Below, piece by piece: positions 1-11,700 of a stretch of 64,000 nucleotides of DNA. Below the pieces are notes generated by a model. It had not been told where the DNA came from. It was given only the letters and a program-made list of their open reading frames with translations, and did no database searches. This stretch comes from Antedon mediterranea. Lineage: Eukaryota; Animalia; Echinodermata. The stretch spans positions 8,804,001-8,868,000 of the forward strand of contig NC_092672.1 in NCBI RefSeq assembly GCF_964355755.1, read 5' to 3'. The position numbers were made by a program, and so were the translations under genes. Numbering within the stretch: position 1 is the first letter of the stretch; the number at the start of each line of letters is the position of its first letter.

Positions 1-480
1 CAAGCGCGTTTCATTATGGGATATGTTTTGATTGAAAACTTTGACTGGAAGTCAAAGTTATTTTTGTAACAAAAAAACGTATGTATTTCAGTTAAATTTT
101 TTTTTTTTGATAAATTTTTGGTGATAGTTAATAACTATTATGATACTTCAAAATGACCCACCTTTTTTCGAAATCTTTTATTTTTTATTTTTTTGGAATT
201 AGTCAAAGGGACATTATTATTGCTGCAGCAGTGTGTATATACTGCATGTCACTAAAATATATTTCCTGCACTTTGGTGGGCTGATCTTGGCGGTGCCTTG
301 GCACCTGCCGCGTGCTATTTTTCTCTGAGCATCCCTGTTGTACTTACTTAGAATTGGAAAATTATTGCTATATAACTTATATTTGCTTATGACTTTAATG
401 TGCAGTTTTACATGGGCGAATGTTCATTTACTAATTAAACTATTTAATCCAGAACTTATGTTTTAGGCGTTTTTATTTAT

Positions 481-2086
481 TTACCTCCGCCAAGGAGGTA
501 TATGTAATCGGTAGCGTGGGTTTGTTACTTGGCAAAAAGAATTTTGCCAAGTATAGTATTCACTTTGTTTGTATGTATGTATGTATGAATGTATGTATGT
601 ATGTGTGTTTGTATGTATGTTTGTTTGTTAGCACGATAGCGCCTACAGTTTTCAAGTTATTGTTCTGAATTTTTGGGTGTAGATAGTTATGTACTTTCAG
701 ACCATGCCTATTGAAAATCAACAAAATTGGTTTATTAATAACTTCACAAATAACAAAAATGATATTATTTTCAGACCGGCTAGGTTTTTTGGACAAGAGG
801 CAAGGGTTATAATTTGTGATTTGTAATTTTAAAACAAAAGTTGATTCAATGTACCGGCTTTTTCATACAAGTAGTTTTAAAAAACATATTTCTTTTCAAA
901 TTCACCCGTTTGTTTTTGGCGTTGCTGTTCTATTGTTATTAAAATTAAACTATTGTTAGTTGATAATTAATTTTGTTAGTACCAGTGTGTGTCCTTCTTT
1001 ATTTCATTCTGTACATAGGTATATACTTACAGAACATGCCTATTGATTGTCAGGAAAACTGATATATTGGTCATGTCTCAAAAACTTATCTTCCGTACGA
1101 TATATTAAATAGCACGCATTCTGTCTTCTTTTAACATGGACATATTCTTTGATATGAACCAAAATATTAGTCGACTGGTCACGCGGTTAAGCTTACTACA
1201 TGGGTTAAGGCAGAGGCGCCGCAAATCGGCACAGCTTCAAGACACTCCTCGGCCATTATTCTGGTCAATCTTGATTTTAGAAAGGTCATTGTTGCAATGC
1301 CGGAATTGTTTGTGTTAAAAATTATTTAAACAAATTATTAACCTTAGTAGTATTTTAACCATGTAAAGCTAATACCTAAAGCAAAAATTGTATCTTTCAA
1401 CATGCTCCCAGTCAGTGGATATATTTTGCCAAGTACTTCACTCAGTTTCTGAGTGCTTTCATTTGTTTGTTTGTTTGTTAGCAGGATTACTCAAAAAGCA
1501 ATTACAATATCTTTACCAAAATGAATATATAGATAGATATGTGGTCAAGGACCATTCCATTAAATTTTGGGACCATTGTCCCAATTCTGGACCACTTTTT
1601 AGTATACTTTTCAGACCTGCTAGTGTTAAAAGATAGGACAGAATTTTTCAAAAGCCGGCGAGCAGTCTTAAAGTAACAAGTATACTGAAATTGAATTTTC
1701 TCGAGAACTACTTGTCCAAAAAACTTCATTTATGTACAAGAGGCAAGAGTTATAATTTGTGATTTGTAATTTTAAAACATAATTTGATTTAATGTTCACG
1801 TTTTTTGATGCCAGTAGTTTAAAAAACCTATTTTCTTTTCAAATTCACTCGTTTGATTTTCGCGTTGCTGTTCTATTGTTAGTCAACTCAAAGCTATTGT
1901 TAATTGAAAGGCTTGTTACATAACCATTACACCAAACTCGCATACACATGCTTGTAGTGAAATTAGCCTAAATCACAAACAGCATTAAGACACACACAAA
2001 TATCTATTTTTTTTTTCCGGAGAAATCTTATGTAGGAGAATTTTACAGTAGGCGGAGGTATGCACTCTCGGAGTGGCTTTCTAGTT
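481..2086 (+). mobile_element. Non-autonomous Helentron/Helitron2-type element (HINE, DINE-1-like), outer copy
   Basis: 5' subTIR and palindrome TACCTCCGCCAAGGAGGTA, (GTTT)n microsatellite, 3' subTIR GGCGGAGGTA (2051-2060), short hairpin CACTC-TCG-GAGTG, terminal CTAGTT in a T-rich site. Confidence 0.75.
525..1465 (+). mobile_element. Second HINE-type element nested in the microsatellite of the outer HINE
   Basis: 5' palindrome TACTTGGCAAAA-AGAA-TTTTGCCAAGTA, (GTAT)n repeat, 3' subTIR TTTTGCCAAGTA (about 1424-1435), then hairpin CACTCAG-TTT-CTGAGTG. The outer (GTTT)n resumes afterwards. Confidence 0.65.
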
Positions 2087-2175
2087 ATTCTATGAGTTTG
2101 TTAATTGCCGCAGTAGCAAATATATATTATGATAAAAATATGTTGAACAAAACATGAATAAGGCTCCCATTGTAA

Positions 2176-2310
2176 AGGTAAAGTTTGATGAAATTGTGCT
2201 AGTCTAGTTCCTTTTCACGCCGCCATTTTCCTCCCTAGTAACCAGGCGCTTATTTATACAATTGAGTGGACTGGGAGACATTCTTATCGGAAGTTAAACC
2301 CATGCCTTTC
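2176..2310 (-). mobile_element. Degenerate SINE fragment (CORE/Meta-domain-like)
   Basis: Minus strand reads CCAGTCCACTCAATTGTATAAATAAGCGCCTGG, resembling the CAGTCCACTCAGCTGTAAATGGGTACCTGG core of widespread metazoan SINEs (from memory). Confidence 0.35.
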
Positions 2311-2529
2311 TCAGCTACAACAACTATAACGTTTACACACACAAAATTGTTAAACGTAGAGAGTTGTTACAAGGAGATCACACGGGGTATGTGTTAAGTG
2401 GAACTGATGAGATGGGTTAAGTGGCACAGAGTAGGCGGTGGATGTATGGGATTGTGGGATTGTTTTATAATGTAGATTGTATTAGAGTATTTACAGTATT
2501 TAGAGAAATAAATACAATTTATATAGTAC

Positions 2530-2721
2530 CTTCATTCGACTGACGTATTCCTTGGCTTGTTCACTTGTCATTTTGCCTTGACGTTGAACGATACTTTCGA
2601 GTGACTTGCATACATCCTCGGCCATAGAAACATCTCCACATACGTAAATGTGTCCTTTGTGTTTATTAACTAAATCAAATACATCGCGTTCTCTATCCTT
2701 TAATACATGTTGAACATATTT
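2530..2721 (-). CDS. NOS: NOS exon V (192 nt), NADPH adenine-binding; the final exon is beyond the left edge
   Basis: CACAG|[37 protein letters not shown]...AKEYVSRMK|GTACTA. I found no YHEDIF exon in 1-2529. Confidence 0.96.
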
Positions 2722-5700
2722 CTGTGGGATAAAATAGAAAAATATGCATTATTTTATTTAAGTTTCTTTTATCTATTTAAGTTCAATGATGAGCAAAACA
2801 ACTATAATATGAATGCCAATAGATGACATGTAACATATAGCAACAAAAAATAGCATCACCAAAAATCAAGATTCTTATGCTTATCGAAAAAAAAAAATTA
2901 CTCACGAAACTTTAATGAGAAAAGTAGAGGAAAGTTAAACAAAAGTTTTGTTATTTTGCTAAAGTGTTATTTGATTTGATAATACGACATTGGTAAATAG
3001 ATAAAACACGACAGGAGGCGCTATATGCAAAATTGGTTGTTTTTGTCATTGCTGGATATATCAAATACCAACGACCGAATCTAACCGTACCAATCGTTTT
3101 AAAGCAAACATGATTATTATAAACATTATCAACAAACATGCAAATCTGCCTTTGTATGACGCAATATCAACAAAGAGTCGAATCTATAATGAATTAATCA
3201 TTTTGTATCTATTTTGTAAAAAAAAGTACCAGAAGCTTTGTCGTCGCTTTGACTAGGATCGGATGAATCGAAGAACATATACACCTAAAGCCAATTTTCG
3301 ACTAGGTGAATTTGTTCGCGCGTATCGAAGGCGTCAGCTAATACACATGCGTAGAGGATAAACAAAAATACGCATGCGTACAAGGTGGCGCTTTCGATTC
3401 GCGCGAACAAATTCCCATAGTTAAAAATCGGCTTAACATGAGGAAAAGAGTTTGTAATCGGCAAAAGTTGGGCACATTTGTTGCTGTAACGGGTAGTAAG
3501 TAACTAATTAAGTTATGGTGAGAAATAAATGTTTACATATTATGTAAAAGAAATGTTTCACATGTTATTATGTAAAAGAAATGTCCACATTAAGTAAAAA
3601 AAATGTTTACATTAAGTAAAAGAAATGTTTACATTAAGTAAAAGAGATGTACACATTAAGTAAAAGTAGTATTTACATTAAGTAAAATAAATGTTTACAT
3701 TAAGTAAAAGAAATGTTCACATTTAATAAAAGAAATGTTAACATTATGCTAAATAAAAGAAATGTAAACATTTGATAAAATAAATGTTAACATTAAGTAA
3801 AAGAAATGTAAACATTAAGTAAATGTCCACATTACGTAAAAGAAAACAAATTATACATTGATGATTAATGAAAAAAATTAAGAATGGATTAGGAAAATTT
3901 AATCAATCAAGATCCGGGTACCTTATCTTGTCCTGGCTCACGTGATAATGCGGTTAAAACCTCCTTAAGTATGCCGTCTTTGAGAGCTTCAGCTTTCTCC
4001 TCTTTGTATATGTTATCTGTAGTTGAATGGCGACATCCAAACACCAAGTAGATATCACCAAATTTCACAGATTCCTTTCCTTTAAACTTCATCTCAAAGT
4101 ACCTTTGCTGCCAAAAGCTTCTGAACGGTGCGATTCCTGTTCCAGGTCCAACCATGATGATCGGTACGGACTTATCATCTGGCAAATGGAACGCTGGAGC
4201 ACTATAAAAAACGAATATAATTTTAGTAGTAGGCCTACACTATTTCTGTTTACTTGAACCGGGCTTTCAGACACACATTCACACAAAGGATAACCTTAAG
4301 CTCTGTCTACACTATCAAACAAGTTTGACAAAAAAGTGTGATGTATCCAAATATGGTAGTTATATGACGTTGTCGTGTCCATATGGGTACATCACATGTT
4401 TTCAGGCTTAAACAAATTATTCATGGGATAAACATGACTGCCCGAAATACATTATATATAGACCTAAAAACAGCGACGGAAAATTATAAGAGTGTGTTAT
4501 CTTGCCCACCCGAATATAATTTAAACACTTGAATAATTGTGTATACGTGATATACAAAAAAATGGTTAAACATTATTTTTAGTAGAAAATCTACTACATT
4601 AGATTACACACTATGTTTTTTTAAACGTTCAAATTCTGTATTACTTACGAACGAATAAAATTAGGAATTACATCGCCTTCCTTTAAGCTATTCAACCACG
4701 TGGAGCAGACACCATTGTGATGATTACCTGTGAATAGAGTGATTATGTCATCAAGTCAACAAAATGTTATCAATGTTTGCTTTGGGACATGATTTGTAAT
4801 GCAATTAGCTGTAATTAATTTCTAATCATGTAAAAAAAAGGTAAGGTGAGTTTGATTTTAAGACTTGGAAACACCAAACGTTGGCACACCGGAACTACGT
4901 GAATAAAGAAACTTCTTTTGCACTTTAAGAAGACCGGCGCATAACCTTTAATATTTACCATGACTTATAAACCGGGAGTTTGGCGTAGCTAAACGTATGC
5001 ATACTAGAGCAAGCCAATCTATCTTTTGCGATCTTTTGAAATGATCATATACTGCAGTATACGTACCCTTGATGACGTATGATACCACTGCTACCGTAGC
5101 GTGTATCTGTCCCTGGTGTAAACCAAGACTGGAGCTTATTGAATAGTATCTAGGCTTCAAAACTGGTAGTTGAGTTAACAAGAAACTTGCGGGGAGTTTT
5201 ATTGATGAAAACTGTTCCAATATCTCGGCCAAGTTGGGCATGTTATTGAATTTCCAATCATCGTACTCCTGTGCGCCCTATTACAATGTAATAAATAGTC
5301 AATTTAGGCCCTATGTTATAGTGAATAGTGTGTATAGAATTTAGATTTTCTTTTTACAAACATATTTTCTAATCACTCTTATTTATCTTCTCTAAACAGT
5401 ATACTATAATAAACACGGAAGATATATTGCTTGAGCATGAAAAACGGAAGGAGAAGAAGAAGAAAAAAGAAGAAAAAGAAGAACAATAAGGAGAAGAACA
5501 AGAAGGACAAGAAGAAGAAGAAGAAAGAAGAAAAAAGAAGAACAAGTAGGAGAAGAAGAAGAAAAAAGAAGAAAAGAAGAAGAAAAGGGAGAAGAACAAG
5601 AAGGAGAAGAAGAAGAAGAAGAAGAAGAAGAAGAAGAAGAAGAAGAAGAAGAAGAAGAAGAAGAAGAAGAAAAAGAGGGAGGAACTTGAAAATGATACAG

Positions 5701-8700
5701 ACAAAACACAAATCCTTCCTGCCCCATAGAGGAAATGGCATAAAATAGTGGAAAGCGTCATGTCACAAGGCGAGATGCATAACTGATGAATGAAAAATGA
5801 GTTGACTTTTTTACCTTCCCAAGTGTGCTCAAAATGTCTTTCTCTTTTTCATCTGTTGCTATTGTACTAAGAAGTCGAAGAAAAGCAGGAGAGGGCGGTG
5901 TTGTAATATCAAAGAAGTGTTTCAGAGCTCGAACTAATGAGCACGGTGGGATTTTGCTTATTGGACTCCAATTTTTTATTTTACCTAAATTGAATAATAA
6001 AATAAGATAAGATTACCATATTAAACGAAAAATATTCAGCATGTACAAAGTTGTCTTTAAAGAAATAAATGTATTAATTTGACAAAAAGTTGGTTTGAAT
6101 GATATATATTATAAATTATCTCGCAAGTTTAATATTGAAATAATGTAGGCCTAAAGTAAAACAATTACCTAAAGCTGTCTGTCTTTCCTCGAGGAACTCG
6201 GCGACGACAATATCATCGTGGGATGTGGTATCGTCCACTTTGGCTAGAATGCGATTTACTAACTGGTCTTCATTGGCAGGGAAAATAGCCGCATGGTCTC
6301 CTGGCTCGTAAAGCAATTCAGAAGCCCCTTGGGTATCCATTTTAACCAGGATAGTAGAACGGCTGAAAATAACAAAATTATTTATTGAATAAATACAACT
6401 TTCTTCACGAAGATAAATGAATAAACAAAATGTAATTAAGAAAATGGACACATTTCTCAAAGAGATTATTTGTTTGAATGACTGCAGAAATGCTTTAACA
6501 TTGGCTAGCGGATAGGATCGTTCTTTGATTGGTTCTCATGGTTGTTGCAAGTTCATTATGTTTAAAGTATCATTTTGTGTTTTCTCTAAAACAGTGACAC
6601 GTGTGTAATATCGGTTCTAAACGTTAAGCGAGGATCAGTTGATATACGGTACATTATAATGATAACAAGCAGCAGAAGCGCACTCGGAAAATCTCAAACG
6701 AAAATTACACAGATTGTAGTAAACGTATGATGCCATTGGTTCTTGAAACACATTTCACACACCTGGAATCTTTTGCTTGTAAGTTTTTCCTCGAGATGAG
6801 TTTACACGGTGATATCTGTCGACTGTGAACCTTGGAGAGTTCTTCACATAATTCACCGGCTGTTTTGGTTTCACTGGCAACGACTCGATAACGAGCAGGA
6901 GACCAGGATCCATCGTTGGCATTCAACACAGACGCAGCCTCACTTATGTTGACTCCCTCACCAGTACCAAATGTATCGCAGGCACTCTGTAAAGAAAAGG
7001 ACATGCATGTAGTGTTTAAGAAAGCAAATCCAACAGGGCGATTCGAGTAACCTATCAATTATTTTCTTTGCTCTTCTAAAAAGTTGATAGAGTTTTATTT
7101 ATTTTGTTGTTGCAAAATTTAATACGCCGGGAATGTTTTGCTTTACAGCAAGATCTTGAAATATCGCCGCCAACGGTTTATTATGTGTTTATATCCAAAA
7201 CAAGACATGTATCACATTTCTCTCTATTACTTGTACCTTAAAAACTTCTCCTGCCCACTTTTTAAAACTCTGTTCTTGTCCACAAAGCTCGTCACCTTCT
7301 CCTATCTCACAAATACGCTCTCCTCCAACTTCTCCGAGTAGACTGTCCAGTGCCCGTGCAAAGGCACAAAAGTTAGGGTACGCAGTAGAGCCCAGTCCGA
7401 ACACAGAATATCTGAAATTAAACAAAACAATAAAGATTTTATGAACAAAATAGATAGTTGTCCATTTTTTTGTGAATTACTTAATGTACGACGCGAAACA
7501 AACACTATGACAAATTATAGTATATACTATTTATTTATATTTATTGTGTATAATGTTAATGAGTTGGATGGTGGAAAATATTTCTTGTGTTGAAAGATTG
7601 ACAGTGCTATAATTTAAGTAAGCGGCACATATAGCAGTCTATATTTCAACGAATGAAATATTACTGTCGGCCTATTGTTTTATATTGCGTTGTATGCTAA
7701 ATCCAAGCAAAATAACAGGCGGCGCTATTGTTTTATATTGCGTTGTATGCTAAATCCAAGCAAAATAACAGGCGGCGCTATTGGATTTCACGCGGGGTTC
7801 ATGTCTAGAGATTTATTTCTTTTGTCTTCTTTAGAAATTATGCATGCATCTATCGTTGTTCGTTATTTCCTTAGTATAAACGGACCTTAAGCCACTCAAA
7901 CAAAGACGCAATTAAAAGAAACAATAAGCTTGAGTTAATATTAAGATATATTAAAGATAAAATACAATAATGTATTATATATAATATTATCTATCAAACG
8001 TTTTTGAAAACCAGTAATGTTAAAATATGTCATCGCAGTTCTTCAGAAGGTAAACTTATTGCATGCTGAAATAATTATCTGCAGTTGTTTAATGATTCCG
8101 AGGAAATCATGTTATAGCAATTGATCTACCGACATTAAACAGCATTTTATCAATACTTTATGATTAATGAACGCAATGGTGTCAGGTCAAATCCATTGAT
8201 TGTTTTATTGTAAAAACTGTCTAGGATTTTAATCCAGCAGAAAAAGATTAGCTGAGTATAGTCAAAGAACGACAGCGAAGCGTCGCGTGTAATGTCATTT
8301 TAACATCTAAAGTCCGAGCCGAACACCATTAATCAATGTTACCATTCGTTGACAGATAACATTAGAAAACACCGAAGTGCGTTGTGTCGGCTGATTTGTT
8401 CCTTCTTAAAGTTATTCCCAGACGTCCCCAACAAATAAAATATGCAATTTTCTGTCTAAAGATTTTAAGCGTTTTGTATAAATAATTTTATAAAACATTA
8501 AGGTCAACTATTTTAAAATAAAATATTTAATGCGCAGAGTGACAATGTAAAAAACACAAACTGAAATATATGTCAGGTATAATGTGATGTGTATTATTTT
8601 GTTTAACTTACAGCACGGTATGCTTAGAAAGTGTAAACATAGATACGGTATGCAATAAATTGATCATTATTTTAACTGTAAGATACCGTAAGTCTTCTAA

Positions 8701-11700
8701 TTGTAATCCTAGGTTATTATTCTTTGATTGTTTTTAGGGTAGATTACTATTAGAAGGGGGTTACTATTAGAGTAGTGGGTTACTATTACTAATCTTAAAA
8801 TAGGCACCTGGAAATAGTTACCCACCCCAACTTTTTCGGTCAGCAACACGTAGAAAAATAATAAAACAGTATGAATAAACAAATTTGGTTGAATTTATTT
8901 TTTTAACTTTATTTTTTTATTTTTCAAAAACACTTAATCCTTCTCGACTTCCGAGATCAACATGCACTATCTCCTTATTTTCAAAATACGGCTGCATCAT
9001 AGGGTTACTAGAGTAGTGGCTTATTATTATAGATTGACTCATAAGGTGGGTTACTATTAGAAGGGGGTTTACTATTAGAAGAGGGGGAGGGGGGTTACTA
9101 TTAAGAGTGTAAATTACTATTATAAGATTTACGGTATGTACGTTATTATTACATTGTACTGTACTTCATAGTAGACCCCCGTCTTTGGATACTACTCACT
9201 ATTTAGGGGATATCCCTTATTAGGAATACATTTTTCCTTAAAAGGAAAGAAGAGAAATATAGGCCAACACCTCAGGGGATAACTCTACTAAGCGGACGAC
9301 ATTGTTTGGGCTTCGGAAGTATCCTCTTAAAAGTGATTCTACAAAATATGACTTTCTATTTTCTGTTAAATGTTTAGCTGCAAATACATTTACAGGTATT
9401 CAATTAATTTACAATGACCAGTTAACAAAAACAAAGTTGTTTAGCCAGGTAATTAAGCTTTTTGTTATCAAAAATGGTTACATAACTAATTATGCGTCTG
9501 TCGCGTCAATGGAGAATTAAGAACTAAAAGAAAGAGTGCATTGCTTTAAAAATGTTTGTAAAACGTGTTTAAATAACGATTGTTGGCACTTACAAAATAG
9601 ATATTAGGGAAGTTGACGCATGCGCGATTAAAAAGCTGAACAATAATCTAAAGGTAATGGACTTTCTGTTCAAATCCACCGAGGTGATTGATACAAATTT
9701 GAAGATTTATCACGCACATGGATGTAATGACTATGCATTTAATTGGCAAAATAAGATGATACTGAATCAGAAAAGGACAACTGAAGCGGTTAAGAAACAT
9801 AACGTGAAGAATATTGACCATAAAGATAACATTGTAGAAGGCAGTGTTATTTGTGTAAATCTCTGTCTACATTATCAAACTAGTTTGACAAAAAAAGTGT
9901 GATGTGCCCAATGGTAGTTATATGCCAAAAATGGTAGTGATATGACATCATCATGTCCATATTTGGTCAATTTTTTCCCCACAAATTTGATAGTGTAGAC
10001 AGAGCTTAAAGAATACATGGTAGTTGATGCAGAAGTATTGAGAGGGAAGGTAGGCAGAAAATAGAAAAAGGACAAATATCGACACATTTTATATAGGACG
10101 CCACATTGAGGACAACTTATTTTGGGGTTAAACCTGTCTGTGAATCATAGAAACAGAGGTTAAACATACATCTAATACAGGTATATCCAGGTAATATCCA
10201 CCGAAAACGGATTTCAAAGAAAAATTTAGCTTAATTAAATCAGTTTAAAGACAAACATTGCTTCTTCAAAATTGTAAAATTGTATAGTTAGGCCTATCCT
10301 CCAATAAAACAAATTCATCAAGATAATGGTAGGCCTAATCTCTCACAAAATAAAAAATACATATATCGAAAATCAATGGAAGGCAGTATATCCGTTATAT
10401 AGCAGTGATCTTTTGAAAGTATGCTACATGTTGGACTGATAAGGGTCGATGAGTTGTAAAGGTACAAAAACATTCGTTTTTCCGTATAACGTATATGAAA
10501 TACAACCCTAGAAAAATGACCTATAAAAATAACAATATCTGTAATTGTGGCGTTAGTCGCGCGCACAACCTAAGTAATTGATATTCCTCTTCATTTTAAA
10601 GTAGAACCGTTATTTTATTACACGCCCCACACCGACTACTGATTCTAATAATAAAAGAAGCAATACTCTTAGTATAATTGATTCCTTTCTTCAGAAATCT
10701 TGGAACCACTTAGACTAGTTCTAAGTAAACGATCAAGGTAAATAATAATGTTCCTTTTTAAAAATATTATACTTCCTCTTTCGGTAATGAAAATGACATA
10801 ATCAATAAAGGAAATCAATTGTTGTAAGTACAATGTTATTGATTATGTGACTAACTGTAGGACATTGGTTTAGATAGAGTTGAGGACTGTGGGGAGTAGA
10901 CAAATTGAGTATGATACAGTTGGTTCGAGTTTGAAGAGGCCGACACAGAAAACAAAGAAAAGGGGTACTAGTACAAGTAACAGAAACACTACTGGTCTTT
11001 GTTTAAAAATGTAAGAGTACAGAACGCTAGAAGGATTTTACTGAAAATGACAATGTTCTATATCAAAAAGTAGTAAATGAGCAATATAATAATAATTCAT
11101 GTGCAGTATAAATAAATTAAGCAATGTAGAAAATACAATTAAACATAATTGTAAAATACTAATGTTAAACTGGATATATACTTTAGAAAACATTACAATA
11201 ATTGAAATGATTCTTACCGAACATTCGCCAAAACACCAGAAGCTTCGTTTAAACTAGCAACCGATGACATTCGACTCAGTACTTTTGGCTTTGGCCTTCC
11301 AGAAAACTTATCCCATCTAAATGATGCCTTTCTGAAAGTAAATGTTATATTTACAAATTAAAACAAAAGGGTATGCGTACTATAATGAATTATTGATGTA
11401 TTTGTACATGGCCACGGGGATGTATTTAGCTCTAATGGAAATACTTTGTTATTGTTGATTATCATGGTTATTGTGATCAATTATCTTTAAAAACAAAATA
11501 CATAGTACAGTATATTGAATATTCGTTGACAAGCAACATTGATTACAGTAGTACTAATTATCATAATAATCGTCGTAATTTAAGTGTTTCTGAGTTGTTG
11601 TAATTGTCTTTGTATCTTTTAAACCAAGCTATAAGTGGCGGATTTGTTTCTCTGCTGTCTGGTTTTATAAAATAAAATAAAATATTTTTATCAATTTGTA

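Noticed and set aside
5369-5761. Four overlapping ORFs (poly-F, poly-L, poly-S and poly-R/K, the last protamine-like)
   Set aside because: All are translations of the (GAA)n microsatellite inside a NOS intron.
10170-10229. 60-nt candidate cassette exon ([20 protein letters not shown]) in the N-O intron
   Set aside because: Open only in phase 0 while the intron is phase 2 (immediate TAA), and the acceptor is weak.
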